The position numbers and the translations under genes are program-made. A DNA stretch of 64,000 nucleotides from contig NZRO01000051.1 of NCBI GenBank assembly GCA_002696275.1, forward strand, positions 63,704 to 127,703, read 5' to 3'. The notes beneath the pieces are model-generated. The model did not search any database and was not told the DNA's origin. It saw only the letters and a list, made by a program, of their open reading frames with translations. Source of the DNA: Flavobacteriales bacterium. GTDB taxonomy: Bacteria > Bacteroidota > Bacteroidia > Flavobacteriales > BACL11. Of the stretch, positions 37,572 through 49,728 are shown one piece after another (position 1 is the first letter of the stretch; each line of letters starts with the position of its first letter).

Positions 37572-38705
37572 ATGTCAAACCTTTCAAAATATATAAAATT
37601 AGAGGGAGACAAAACTATCTGGACAGTAGTATTTCTGTTATTGATAATTTCTATACTAGTTGTATATAGTGTTGAAGGATTATCTTCTACAAAATCTCAT
37701 TTTAGAAATATTTTAATGGGATTAATAGCAATGTATTTTGTACATAAATTAAAGTTTAAATACTTCTCAAAATTAAGTGTTGTTGGGATTATAATAAGTA
37801 TATTTTTATTAGTCTTTGTATTTTTTATAGGAATGGAGATTAATGGAGCTAAGAGATGGATTTCTATAGGAAGTTTGTCTTTTCAACCCTCTGATTTTGC
37901 TAAGATTGCTATTTTAGTTTTTATGTCAAGGCAAATAAGTAAGTATCGAGATTATATAAATAATTGGAAAGACTTTTGTTGGTACTTATTATTGCCTCTA
38001 ATTATTACTTGCTCTCTAATTTTACCATCCAATTTTTCTACTGCAACATTAGTATTAATAAATGGATTTATGTTGATGATTTTTGCTAGAATTAAATTCA
38101 AATTTCTTTTATCAATTGTTATGGTTTCGGTTTTTGGAGCTTCTTTGGTATATTTTGCTGGCAAATATATTCCATCTTTTCAGGAATTAATACCACGTTC
38201 TGTTACTTGGGTTAATAGAATAGACGCATTTATTTCTCCTAAGGATGATTATATTAAAGATGAAGGACATCAATTAAACGAGTCAAAGATTGCAATAAAG
38301 AATGGAGGTATTTTAGGTAAGGGCCCAGGAAAAGGTATTCAACGACATTTTTTATATGCAGGATCTTCTGATTTTGTATATGCTATTACTGTTGAACAGT
38401 ATGGAATATTATTAGGAGGTGTTTTTCCAATGTTTTTGTATTTACTATTTTTTTATAGGTGCATTATAATTTCTCAGAATACAGAAAGTGTTTTTGGATC
38501 CTTAATGGTTGCTTCATTGTCATTTGCATTATCGTTACAGGCAGCGATTAATATGGGTGTTAATGTGGGATTGTTTCCAGTTACCGGTCAAACTCTTCCT
38601 CTTATTAGTAAAGGTGGGACATCCATCATTTTTTCTTGTATTGCTATTGGTATTATTTTAAGTGTTAGTAGAGATTCAAACGATAGAGAATATGAAAAAG
38701 CTTAA
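37572..38705 (+). CDS. ftsW: SEDS-family peptidoglycan glycosyltransferase FtsW
   Basis: 377 aa with about 10 TM segments. The sequence PSDFAKI...LPLISKGGTS is typical of SEDS proteins. It sits in the dcw position. Confidence 0.85.
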   Translation: MSNLSKYIKLEGDKTIWTVVFLLLIISILVVYSVEGLSSTKSHFRNILMGLIAMYFVHKLKFKYFSKLSVVGIIISIFLLVFVFFIGMEINGAKRWISIGSLSFQPSDFAKIAILVFMSRQISKYRDYINNWKDFCWYLLLPLIITCSLILPSNFSTATLVLINGFMLMIFARIKFKFLLSIVMVSVFGASLVYFAGKYIPSFQELIPRSVTWVNRIDAFISPKDDYIKDEGHQLNESKIAIKNGGILGKGPGKGIQRHFLYAGSSDFVYAITVEQYGILLGGVFPMFLYLLFFYRCIIISQNTESVFGSLMVASLSFALSLQAAINMGVNVGLFPVTGQTLPLISKGGTSIIFSCIAIGIILSVSRDSNDREYEKA

Positions 38706-39795
38706 GGTCATAATTAGTGGAGGAGGTACTGGAGGACATATTTTTCCAGCAATAGCTATTGCAAAATCCTTAGAAAAGAAATTAAAAGATATAGATTTAT
38801 TATTTGTAGGAGCAAAAGATAAAATGGAGATGATAAAAATTCCAGAAGCTGGATATACTATTAAAGGTTTGTGGATCAGTGGGTTTCAAAGGAGTCTTAG
38901 TAAGAAGAATCTGTTATTTCCCTTTAAATTAATAAGTAGTGTATTAAGGTCTAGAAAAATCATAAGAGATTTTAATCCCGATTTAGTTATTGGTACAGGG
39001 GGTTTTGCAAGTGGGCCATTGTTATATGTTGCATCTAAGAAAGGAATTCCATCAGTAATACAAGAGCAGAATTCATTTCCGGGAATAACAAATAGATTAC
39101 TAGCTAGTCATGTTGATAAAATTTGCACCGCTTTTAGTGAGATGGAGCGTTTCTTTCCAAAAAATAAATTGGTGTTCACTGGAAACCCAATCAGAGAATC
39201 TATAATAAAATTTAAAGATAAAATAGAAGATGGAAAGAAATTATTTGATGTAGATAATAACAATATAACAGTGCTTGTGGTCGGAGGAAGTTTAGGTTCA
39301 AAAACTATAAATGAATCTATAGCTCAAAACTTAAATTTATTTAAGAAACATAACCTAAATCTAATTTGGCAAACAGGTATATCCTTCAAGGAGGAATCGA
39401 ATAAATTTATAGATAATTTGAAGGTAAAAGGTATTAGTTCTCATGTTTTTATAAAAGAAATGGATTTAGCTTATGCGGCGGCAGATATTATTGTTTCTAG
39501 AGCAGGTGCTATTGCTATTTCAGAGTTATGTTTCGTAGGCAAACCAATTATTTTAGTTCCTTCTCCTAATGTTGCAGAAGATCATCAAACAAAAAATGCA
39601 CAATCGTTAGTTAATAAGAATTCTGCACTCATGGTAAAAGATGTCGATAGTAAGCGTAAACTTGTAGAAATGTTGATATCTCTTTCTAGTGATAAAAAAT
39701 TACAGGAAGAATTAAGTAGCAATATTAAAAAATTGTCAGTTACAGATGCAGCTAAAAGGATAGCGGATTTATCTATAGATTTAGTAAAACAATGA
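38692..39795 (+). CDS. murG: Undecaprenyldiphospho-muramoylpentapeptide beta-N-acetylglucosaminyltransferase
   Basis: It starts at the ATG at 38692 (MKKLKVIISGGGTGGHIFPA). The ORF-track start at 38662 is a non-ATG extension. Confidence 0.9.
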   Translation: MKKLKVIISGGGTGGHIFPAIAIAKSLEKKLKDIDLLFVGAKDKMEMIKIPEAGYTIKGLWISGFQRSLSKKNLLFPFKLISSVLRSRKIIRDFNPDLVIGTGGFASGPLLYVASKKGIPSVIQEQNSFPGITNRLLASHVDKICTAFSEMERFFPKNKLVFTGNPIRESIIKFKDKIEDGKKLFDVDNNNITVLVVGGSLGSKTINESIAQNLNLFKKHNLNLIWQTGISFKEESNKFIDNLKVKGISSHVFIKEMDLAYAAADIIVSRAGAIAISELCFVGKPIILVPSPNVAEDHQTKNAQSLVNKNSALMVKDVDSKRKLVEMLISLSSDKKLQEELSSNIKKLSVTDAAKRIADLSIDLVKQ

Positions 39796-41165
39796 ATTTG
39801 AATCAGTATAAAAATATGTATTTTGTTGGAATTGGAGGTATCGGAATGAGTGCATTAGCAAGATATTTTAATTTTAGAAATGTAAATATATTTGGGTATG
39901 ATAAAAACAGGTCTAATCTATGCTTAGATCTTGAATCTGAAAATATTAATATTAATTATTCTGATAATATAGATTTAATTCCTTCAGAAGTTAAGGAAAA
40001 CAAAAAAGAAACCTTAGTAATTTATACTCCAGCTATACCGAAAATTAATCAGCAATTTTCCTATTTTAAATATAATAGATATAAAATTTTGAAAAGGGCA
40101 GAATTATTAGCAAAGGTTACTGAGGAACATTTTACTATTGCTGTTGCTGGTACTCATGGAAAAACAACAACTTCTTCAATACTCGCTCATATTTTATATA
40201 ATTCAGATGTAGATTGTACAGCATTTTTAGGTGGTATTTGTTCTAATTATAATTCTAATCTACTGCTAGGATCTACAAATAGTTTAGTCGTAGTTGAGGC
40301 TGATGAATTTGATAGATCATTCTTAACACTGAGTCCAGATATTGCAGTAATAACATCAATTGCTTTAGATCATCTAGATATTTATAAGAATAAAGAAAAT
40401 CTTAAGATTGCATTTGCCGAATTTATAAATAATATTAAAAGTGGAGGAACATTATTTTTAGAAGAAAGCATTGATACTACAATTATAGAAAGAGATGATA
40501 TTTCCGTTTTAAAATACAGCACTTCAACTATTACTGATGTTTCATCCAAAAATATTTTTATTGAAGATGAAATCATGCATTTTGATGTCCTATTTAAAGA
40601 CGAGATAGTTACGGATTTTAAGTTAAAAATGGGAGGAGAATATAATGTCTCTAATGCTCTAGCGGCTATCACTATTTCTAAAAAATTAAATGTTTCTAAT
40701 GATAATATTGTTAAATCAATTAACTCTTTTGAAGGTATAGAAAGAAGATTTGAAACACATATCTCTAATAATGAAGTAGTTTTTATTGATGATTATGCTC
40801 ATCATCCGGAGGAGGTTGAAAAAAGTATCTTGGCGGTTAGGAATATGTATTCTGATAGAGAGATAACTGTAATTTTTCAACCTCATTTGTATAGCAGAAC
40901 CAAGGACTTTATGGAGGAGTTTGCAACTTCTCTTTCTTTATCAGATAAATTAATATTATTAGAAATATATGCAGCAAGGGAATGTAAGATAGAAGGTGTA
41001 ACTTCAGATATTTTGTTACAAAAATGTAAGGTAAAGGATAAAAAATTATGTACCAAAAAAGAGGTTTTGTCATTAATTGAAAAGAATGAAGTAGATGTTT
41101 TATTAACCTTAGGGGCAGGAGATATTAGCACAATTATAAAGCCTCTTAAAGATAAATTATTATGA
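39792..41165 (+). CDS. murC: UDP-N-acetylmuramate--L-alanine ligase
   Basis: 457 aa. It contains GIGGIGMSALA and the P-loop GTHGKTTT. Confidence 0.9.
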   Translation: MNLNQYKNMYFVGIGGIGMSALARYFNFRNVNIFGYDKNRSNLCLDLESENININYSDNIDLIPSEVKENKKETLVIYTPAIPKINQQFSYFKYNRYKILKRAELLAKVTEEHFTIAVAGTHGKTTTSSILAHILYNSDVDCTAFLGGICSNYNSNLLLGSTNSLVVVEADEFDRSFLTLSPDIAVITSIALDHLDIYKNKENLKIAFAEFINNIKSGGTLFLEESIDTTIIERDDISVLKYSTSTITDVSSKNIFIEDEIMHFDVLFKDEIVTDFKLKMGGEYNVSNALAAITISKKLNVSNDNIVKSINSFEGIERRFETHISNNEVVFIDDYAHHPEEVEKSILAVRNMYSDREITVIFQPHLYSRTKDFMEEFATSLSLSDKLILLEIYAARECKIEGVTSDILLQKCKVKDKKLCTKKEVLSLIEKNEVDVLLTLGAGDISTIIKPLKDKLL

Positions 41166-41872
41166 AGAATATTTTTAACATAATAAGATTTTTTACTGCC
41201 ATATCTTTAATTATTTCTATGATATATCTATCGCTTAATTCTTTGGATAATAAATATTGTAGTTTATCAGATGTAACAATTGAGTTAGATGACAATTCAT
41301 TTGTCACTCCCGATATAATTGTGAGTTATTTAGATGAGAATATGTTATATCCAGATTCAATAAAATTAGATAAGTGTTCTTTTTCCCAAATCGAGAATTT
41401 ATTGATAAGTCACCCGTCAATAAAAAAGGCAACAGTTTATTCAGATTGGAATGGAAATGTAAGTATTCATGTTGAGCAACGGAAGCCAATTATACGTATT
41501 CAAAATGAAAAAGAAGGATATTACCTAGATGCAGATGGTTTAAGAATGCCATTATCGAATTATTTTACAGCTAGAATGCTTTTAGTTACAGGTAATGTAA
41601 ATAGTTTGATTGAAGATGAGTTGTTTTTCATTGCAAATAAAATTTATAATGATGTGTTTTTAAAACAACTTATTGTTCAGATTGATGTAATAAATTCTGA
41701 ATTATTAATGTTAACTAGAGTTGGAGAGCAGATTGAATTCGGAAAAATTATCGATATAAATGAGAAGTTTAATAAATTAATGTTGTATTACGAGAAAGGA
41801 AACACTCAAAAGAAAGAATACAAAACACTAAACCTAAAATTTAAAAATCAAATAGTTTGTACTAAAAAATAG
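41162..41872 (+). CDS. ftsQ: Cell division protein FtsQ
   Basis: 236 aa with one N-terminal TM segment and a POTRA-like region. It sits in the dcw position between murC and ftsA. Confidence 0.7.
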   Translation: MKNIFNIIRFFTAISLIISMIYLSLNSLDNKYCSLSDVTIELDDNSFVTPDIIVSYLDENMLYPDSIKLDKCSFSQIENLLISHPSIKKATVYSDWNGNVSIHVEQRKPIIRIQNEKEGYYLDADGLRMPLSNYFTARMLLVTGNVNSLIEDELFFIANKIYNDVFLKQLIVQIDVINSELLMLTRVGEQIEFGKIIDINEKFNKLMLYYEKGNTQKKEYKTLNLKFKNQIVCTKK

Positions 41873-41876
41873 TAAT

Positions 41877-43187
41877 ATGGAAAAAACAGAACAGAATAAT
41901 GAAGTGACTAATACTAAATCTGAAATTGTCGTAGGTTTAGATATTGGCACCACTAAAATAACAGTTTTGGTTGGTAAAAAAGATCAATATGGGAAGTTAG
42001 ACATTTTGGGTACAGGGAAAGCTGTATCTAATGGGGTCATGAGGGGTGTTGTAGCAAATATTGATAAAACAGTAGCTTCAATTAAGATTGCAGTGGAACA
42101 AGCAGAGTTAGAATCAGGAATTAAAATAGATGAGGTTTATGTTGGTATTGCTGGACAGCACATAAAGAGTTTGCAGCACAGAGGAGAAATGGTTAGAGAT
42201 GAAATTACACATGAAATCTCAAAAGATGATTTAGATAAGCTTAAGGAGAATATGTTTAAGTTAGTTACTATTCCGGGAGAAGAAGTGATCCATGTTATTC
42301 CTCAAGAATATACAGTAGATGGTGAAGATTTTATACAAGATCCGAAAGGAATGGCGGGTGTAAAGATAGAAGCGAATTTTCACATAATTACTGCTAAAGT
42401 TGCTGCAGTAAAAAATATTATGAGATGTGTTCAGAAGGCGGGATTAACACCAAAGAATTTAATTTTAGAACCTTTTGCGTCTGCACTTGCGGTGTTAGAT
42501 AAAGATGAGTTACAAGAAGGAGTTTGTTTAGTTGACATTGGTGGTGGAACAACTGATGTGGCTATATTTTTAGATGGAATTATACGACATACAGCAGTCA
42601 TTCCATTCGGAGGAAATGTTATAACAAAAGATATTAAGCAAGGTATTCAGATTTTAGAAAAGCAAGCAGAGATGTTAAAAATTAAGTTTGGTTCAGCAAT
42701 GTCCTCTTCTACCAAAGAAAATGTAATTGTTTCAATTCCTGGGTTGAGAGGTAAAGATCCTAAGGAGGTTTCTGTTAGAAATCTTTCAGCTGTTATTGAA
42801 TCTAGAATGAAAGAAATTATAGATTTAGTTAATTTCCAAATAAAATCCTCTGGTTATCAAGATAAATTAATGACCGGAATTGTAATTACTGGAGGAGGTT
42901 CACAGCTTAGAAATCTTCCTCAACTTGTATCCTATGTTACAGGAAAAGAAGTTAGAATTGGTTATCCAAATGAACACTTATGTAGTGATTCAAAATCTAT
43001 GATAAAGAGTCCAATTTTTTCTACTGGAGTTGGATTAGTTCAGAAAGGTTTTGAAGAAGTTGTATGGAAAGAAGTGCAACCAGTAATAGAAGAACAAGAT
43101 ACAGTCTCTGAAGAGCCTTCAACAGTAGGAATAGGAGGTAAATTAAAAGAAATGCTTGAGAATTGGTTCTCAGACGATATAAATTAA
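41877..43187 (+). CDS. ftsA: Cell division protein FtsA
   Basis: 436 aa with an actin-like fold. It contains VGLDIGTTKI, DIGGGTTD and ITGGGSQL. Confidence 0.95.
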   Translation: MEKTEQNNEVTNTKSEIVVGLDIGTTKITVLVGKKDQYGKLDILGTGKAVSNGVMRGVVANIDKTVASIKIAVEQAELESGIKIDEVYVGIAGQHIKSLQHRGEMVRDEITHEISKDDLDKLKENMFKLVTIPGEEVIHVIPQEYTVDGEDFIQDPKGMAGVKIEANFHIITAKVAAVKNIMRCVQKAGLTPKNLILEPFASALAVLDKDELQEGVCLVDIGGGTTDVAIFLDGIIRHTAVIPFGGNVITKDIKQGIQILEKQAEMLKIKFGSAMSSSTKENVIVSIPGLRGKDPKEVSVRNLSAVIESRMKEIIDLVNFQIKSSGYQDKLMTGIVITGGGSQLRNLPQLVSYVTGKEVRIGYPNEHLCSDSKSMIKSPIFSTGVGLVQKGFEEVVWKEVQPVIEEQDTVSEEPSTVGIGGKLKEMLENWFSDDIN

Positions 43188-43218
43188 AATTAGTAATAAT
43201 CAAATAAATCAATAAATT

Positions 43219-44871
43219 ATGGGCGAAAATGAAAATATAATTGATTTCAACCTCCCAAAAAATCAATCATCTGTTATCAAGGTAATAGGTATTGGGGGCG
43301 GAGGGGGAAATGCAATCAATTACATGTACAAAAATGGTATAAAGGGTGTAGATTTTGCAGTTTGTAATACAGACACACAAGCACTGGAAGCTAGTCCAAT
43401 ACCAGTAAAGATTCAGCTTGGAGAAAGTTTAACAAATGGTCTTGGAGCAGGTTCTAACCCACAAGTAGGTAAAGAAGCAGCAATGGAAAGTATTGATAGA
43501 ATTAATGAGCTGTTAGATTCAAATACAAATATGCTATTTATTACTGCTGGAATGGGTGGAGGGACTGGTACAGGAGCCGCTCCTGTAATAGCTAAAGCTG
43601 CTAGGGATAAAGGAATCCTAACTGTTGGTGTAGTCACTATGCCTTTCGAAACTGAAGGAGGTAGGAGACACGATCATGCTAAATTAGGTTTAGAAGAATT
43701 AAGAGCTAATGTTGATACTCTTCTAGTAATTAATAATCAGAAATTATTAGAGGTTCATGGGGATTTAAAACTTAGACAAGCGTTTAGTAAGGCGAATGAG
43801 GTTTTAAATACTGCAACAAAAGGTATTGCTGAAGTTATTACACAGCATTTAACAGTAAATATTGATTTGAGTGATGCTAGATTAGTTCTTCAGGATAGTG
43901 GAACTGCAATAATGGGACAGGCAGAAGCTGAGGGGGAAAATAGAGCAGTGGAGGCAGTAAAAAACGCCTTAGATTCTCCACTATTAAATGATAATGATAT
44001 TTTTGGATCGAAGCACGTGTTGTTAAAAATTGTAACTGGTGATTCTGAAGAGGATGAAATCTCTATGAATGAATTAAAGTTAATTACTGACACCATCCAA
44101 AAACAAGCAGGAAATAATGTTAATATTATTAATGGTGTTGGAACGGATCCCGCTTTAGGATCCAAACTTTCTGTTACTGTTATTGCAACTGGTTTTGATG
44201 TAAAAGAAGAAGAAGTAGAAGTTGTTATTAGCATTGGAGAGGACGAAACGTTAGATTCAATTAGTAAGCCAAAGAAAAAGCAAGATAGTAATCCAAAATC
44301 GTTATCAGAAGATTTTTCACAACAATCTATGTTTGACTTTGAAGAAGATTTTCAGATAAACTTTACAGAAGAAGAAATTACTGAAGAGGAAATTATAGAG
44401 AGGGATGTTGAAGATGATATTCCTTCTACTCATGAAGAGAATAGAGTTGTTCTTTTATTAGATGATGAGATAGATGAAGATCTAGAACCCATGGATACAT
44501 CAATTGATGATGAGGAGGAAAATTCTCAGGAAGTTGACCTTAGTTTTAATACCGATCAAATAGAAGAAGAAGTGGAAGAGGAATTTGTTTTTCGGGATAG
44601 AGTTAAGATTAATCCCGAAGAGCTTGAGGAGAATGAAATTGCTTCTAGAAAAAGAGAGGAAAAGTTGAAAAATATTTCTAATATTTTAAGAACTCCTTCA
44701 GGCTTAACTAACCTGATTGAAGAGCCTGCGTTTAAGAGAAATGGAATTGACTTAGATGATGTACCACATTCTTCAGAGTCTGATATTTCAAGCCAAACAT
44801 TATCTTTGGGAGAAGATAATGTAATACAATTAAAACAGAATAATTCTTTTTTACATGATAATGTTGACTAA
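43219..44871 (+). CDS. ftsZ: Cell division protein FtsZ with a long acidic linker
   Basis: 550 aa. It contains GIGGGGGNA and the tubulin signature GGGTGTGAAP. The Bacteroidetes-type C-terminus reads EEPAFKRNG...NSFLHDNVD. Confidence 0.95.
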   Translation: MGENENIIDFNLPKNQSSVIKVIGIGGGGGNAINYMYKNGIKGVDFAVCNTDTQALEASPIPVKIQLGESLTNGLGAGSNPQVGKEAAMESIDRINELLDSNTNMLFITAGMGGGTGTGAAPVIAKAARDKGILTVGVVTMPFETEGGRRHDHAKLGLEELRANVDTLLVINNQKLLEVHGDLKLRQAFSKANEVLNTATKGIAEVITQHLTVNIDLSDARLVLQDSGTAIMGQAEAEGENRAVEAVKNALDSPLLNDNDIFGSKHVLLKIVTGDSEEDEISMNELKLITDTIQKQAGNNVNIINGVGTDPALGSKLSVTVIATGFDVKEEEVEVVISIGEDETLDSISKPKKKQDSNPKSLSEDFSQQSMFDFEEDFQINFTEEEITEEEIIERDVEDDIPSTHEENRVVLLLDDEIDEDLEPMDTSIDDEEENSQEVDLSFNTDQIEEEVEEEFVFRDRVKINPEELEENEIASRKREEKLKNISNILRTPSGLTNLIEEPAFKRNGIDLDDVPHSSESDISSQTLSLGEDNVIQLKQNNSFLHDNVD

Positions 44872-44893
44872 ATATCAACAATCTATCATTTTA

Positions 44894-44922
44894 AAATCCC
44901 GTGTGAATACATGGGATTTTTT
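44894..44922 (+). terminator. Rho-independent terminator after ftsZ
   Basis: The stem aaatcccgtg/catgggattt contains one G-U pair and has a 6-nt loop. A T-run follows. Confidence 0.6.
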
Positions 44923-44966
44923 ATATTAGTTATCTTTTATTAAAGAGTTTGCTGTACTTGAATAAT

Positions 44967-44999
44967 AAAAAACCCCTACCAAACTGGTAGGGGTTTTTT
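44967..44999. terminator. Bidirectional intrinsic terminator (groEL side, and backup for ftsZ)
   Basis: The sequence is aaaaaa-cccctacc-aaact-ggtagggg-tttttt: a perfect 8-bp GC-rich stem flanked by an A-tract and a T-tract. Confidence 0.8.
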
Positions 45000-45020
45000 A
45001 TAAAATTTATTATAATCAAA

Positions 45021-46942
<1,922 letters not shown>

Positions 46943-47042
46943 TTTTATAATTTTAATTAATATTTATCTTTCAGTTTCATTAAGTTCAATTATTATGCCA
47001 AATTAAAACTACTTCTCTTGAATCTGAAAATATGTCAGTGTA

Positions 47043-47369
47043 TTATAATGAATCAGAATTCTCTTCTGAAACTGTAGTAAATTCTTCGGTAGTAAAAGTA
47101 GATTCAGAACTATCACCTTTAGTAGTTTGTAAGTTGTCTTCAGGCCTGTCAATAGCAAAATTAGAGGCAAGAATTAATACAATTAATGAAATTGCTAATG
47201 TCCAAGTTGCTTTTTCTAAGAAGTCAGTAGTTTTCTTAACTCCCATCATTTGACTAGCTCCCCCGCCGAAAGAAGAAGATAACCCTCCCCCTTTAGGGTT
47301 CTGAATAAGTATAATTAATACTAGTAGTATAGAGCAAATAATAATTAGGGTTGCGAATAGTGAGTACAT
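47043..47369 (-). CDS. secG: Preprotein translocase subunit SecG
   Basis: 108 aa. The sequence LLVLIILIQNPKGGGLSSSFGG is the SecG signature. Confidence 0.85.
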   Translation of the reverse strand: MYSLFATLIIICSILLVLIILIQNPKGGGLSSSFGGGASQMMGVKKTTDFLEKATWTLAISLIVLILASNFAIDRPEDNLQTTKGDSSESTFTTEEFTTVSEENSDSL

Positions 47370-47372
47370 ATT

Positions 47373-48074
47373 TTATTTCTTTTTTAAGTCTTCAATCAAT
47401 TTAATTTGCTCTGCAAATAAACTACTTTTTTTCGGATATTTCAAACTTAATTTTTTATAAGCTTCAATTGCCTTGTCAAGATGTCCCTGTTCCAAATAAA
47501 CTCTAGCTAATGTTTCAGTTACTAGCTCATCTTTTTCTATTAATGATGTTTTAGCTGTTTCATTAGGAGAGAAGAATTTATTTTTCTCTGCTTTTATAAT
47601 AGGATTACTCTCAATAAAATTATCAATTAAATCTATTTCTTCTTTTTTTTCTTCGTCTCTATCTATTTTTTTTAACTTAGTTAGTGCTAACCATTGTGAA
47701 AATGAATGCTCTTCATTTTCATTAAATTCAAGTGGAGTGCCTATATTGAGTTTGTCCTCAATTTCTTGATTGACAGGACTGTCTTCTAAATTAATGATAT
47801 CAATTTGACTTTCTTTATTTTCAACTTTAACTACTGTATTTTGAGTAATTAATTTAAAAAGTTGTGTTCTGTCTATACTGTGTAAAGCTGCTTTCTTCAA
47901 CTTTCTGTTGTATCTTACACTTTCTGTGTTGAGCAATCCCTTTGATAACAGAATATGAGAAATCGAGAAGTATGGATATTGCTGAGTAATATCGTTTAAA
48001 ACTAAGTTGTCCTCTTTGTCAATTAAGTTAGGATTAGAAATAAGCGATATTAACTTTTCTTTATTCATTACCAA
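47373..48074 (-). CDS. Conserved hypothetical protein with a C-terminal TPR-like helix pair
   Basis: 233 aa. The C-terminus reads ARVYLEQGHLDKAIEAYKKLSLKYPKK. There is no signal peptide. Confidence 0.4.
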   Translation of the reverse strand: MVMNKEKLISLISNPNLIDKEDNLVLNDITQQYPYFSISHILLSKGLLNTESVRYNRKLKKAALHSIDRTQLFKLITQNTVVKVENKESQIDIINLEDSPVNQEIEDKLNIGTPLEFNENEEHSFSQWLALTKLKKIDRDEEKKEEIDLIDNFIESNPIIKAEKNKFFSPNETAKTSLIEKDELVTETLARVYLEQGHLDKAIEAYKKLSLKYPKKSSLFAEQIKLIEDLKKK

Positions 48075-48562
48075 TTTACTAATGATTTATTAAAAATATC
48101 TTCGATTAGTTCATCACAAATTTCTTCCATATAAATATCTTCTACAGAGCTTAAATCTTCAGTGGATGGAAAGTCCTTAAACCTGCTGAAATTTGAATTG
48201 AAATTCAATTTTTCATCATATTTATTTGTAAAAGATATATTGACTTTTATGGTTAATCTATTTTTTCTTGCAGTTTCATTTGCTCTAATAGCAATAGGTT
48301 TTATATTGTAAGAAATTATCTCACCTGAAAAGGATAAATCACCTCTCTGATCAATCTGACGCAGATTTGTTTGAGAAGTTAAATAATCTTTTAATTTTTC
48401 TGTGAATGTATTGCTTAACGAGGCATTTACAGTATTTGCTTTATTCTTAAAAAAAGATACGGAAAAAGTGTTTACTTCAGGTGAAATAGATGCTCCAGTA
48501 AAAGAATAGAATCTACATGAAGTTAATAGTAAAATAAATAAAATATAATATAAATTCTTCAT
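48068..48562 (-). CDS. LptE-like outer-membrane lipoprotein
   Basis: 164 aa from the internal ATG at 48562. It begins MKNLYYILFILLLTSC with a lipobox Cys. Its size and neighbourhood resemble Bacteroidetes LptE-family proteins. The longer ORF-track start would overlap the upstream gene by 68 nt. Confidence 0.5.
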   Translation of the reverse strand: MKNLYYILFILLLTSCRFYSFTGASISPEVNTFSVSFFKNKANTVNASLSNTFTEKLKDYLTSQTNLRQIDQRGDLSFSGEIISYNIKPIAIRANETARKNRLTIKVNISFTNKYDEKLNFNSNFSRFKDFPSTEDLSSVEDIYMEEICDELIEDIFNKSLVNW

Positions 48563-48563
48563 A

Positions 48564-49727
48564 CTAAAGTTTAAATTCTTTAATCTTTCTGTATAAGGTT
48601 CGCTCAGATATACCAAGTTCTTCAGCCGCAAGTTTTCTTTTTCCTTTATGTTTTTCTAAAGATTTCTTTATCAGATTTTTTTCATGGTTCGCTAAAGTAT
48701 ATACTTTATCTAGAAAATCAGACTCTTCTTGTTTTGGAAGTAGGGTAATTTCATTTTCATTCACATCGTTAAAGATCTCTTTATTAAAATCTGAATTGTC
48801 TTCATTTTGAATAAGATCAAAAGTGATTTTTTTAAGTTCTGTTAAATCTCTTTTCATGTCGAATAGAACTTTGTAAAGAATTTCTCTTTCTGAGAGGTCG
48901 GCTTTAGATTTGTCTTTAAATAAAATAGGACTATTGTTTTCATTTCGATTTTCAGGCAAAGCCTGTAAAACGGTTGTTGAGGAAATATTTCGTTCTTTTT
49001 CAATTACCGAAAGTTGTGCAACAAAATTTCTTAGTTGTCGAATATTTCCTGGCCAATTATATTCTGTTATTAACTTCAAAGCATCTTCTTCTAATCTTAT
49101 AGAAGGTGTGTTGTATTTATCTGCAAAATCAGAAGCAAATTTTCTAAACAACAGAGATATATCTTCTTTTCTATCTCTTAATGCTGGAATAAAAATACTT
49201 ATGGTGTTTAGTCGGTAGTACAAGTCCTCTCGGAATTTCCCCTCTAAAATAGCATTAGGAATATTTACATTTGTAGCGGCAATAACTCTTACATCAGTTT
49301 TAATAACTTTAGAGGACCCAACTTTCATGAATTCCCCACTCTCTAATACTCTAAGTAATCTTACCTGAGTTGACAGTGGTAGCTCTGCAACTTCATCAAG
49401 AAAGATTGTACCTCCATCCGCAACTTCAAAATATCCTTTTCTGCTATCATGTGCTCCCGTAAAGGATCCCTTTTCATGACCAAAAAGTTCACTGTCTATT
49501 GTTCCTTCAGGTATAGCTCCGCAATTAACCGCAATATAGTTGTTATGTTTTCTGTTACTATTTTGGTGTATAATTTTAGGGATATTTTCTTTTCCAGTAC
49601 CACTTTCTCCAGAAACGAAAACAGAAATATCTGTAGGTGCTACTTGTAGTGAAATGTCAATAGCTCTCTCTAAGAGTGGGCTATTGCCTATAATCCCAAA
49701 TCTTTGTTTTGCTTGTTGTTTATTCAT
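48564..49727 (-). CDS. Sigma-54-dependent transcriptional activator lacking an N-terminal sensor/receiver domain
   Basis: 387 aa that begins directly with the AAA+ domain. It has Walker A (GESGTGKE), Walker B (GGTIFLDEV) and a GAFTGA variant (GSFTGA). The C-terminus has a Fis-type HTH ([19 protein letters not shown]). Confidence 0.85.
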   Translation of the reverse strand: MNKQQAKQRFGIIGNSPLLERAIDISLQVAPTDISVFVSGESGTGKENIPKIIHQNSNRKHNNYIAVNCGAIPEGTIDSELFGHEKGSFTGAHDSRKGYFEVADGGTIFLDEVAELPLSTQVRLLRVLESGEFMKVGSSKVIKTDVRVIAATNVNIPNAILEGKFREDLYYRLNTISIFIPALRDRKEDISLLFRKFASDFADKYNTPSIRLEEDALKLITEYNWPGNIRQLRNFVAQLSVIEKERNISSTTVLQALPENRNENNSPILFKDKSKADLSEREILYKVLFDMKRDLTELKKITFDLIQNEDNSDFNKEIFNDVNENEITLLPKQEESDFLDKVYTLANHEKNLIKKSLEKHKGKRKLAAEELGISERTLYRKIKEFKL

Positions 49728-49728
49728 G

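Noticed and set aside
29828-44871. The dcw cluster lacks murF and ddl.
   Set aside because: As far as I recall this is the normal dcw arrangement in Bacteroidota, where murF and ddl are encoded elsewhere. There is no gap or remnant suggesting a deletion.
46943-47042. I searched the groES upstream region for a CIRCE/HrcA operator (TTAGCACTC-N9-GAGTGCTAA).
   Set aside because: No such inverted repeat is present; the region holds only AT-rich sequence.
48563-48631. An apparent 68-nt overlap between the sigma-54 activator and the downstream lptE-like ORF.
   Set aside because: It is an artefact of taking the longest ORF. The internal ATG at 48562 yields a textbook lipoprotein signal (MKNLYYILFILLLTSC) and removes the overlap.
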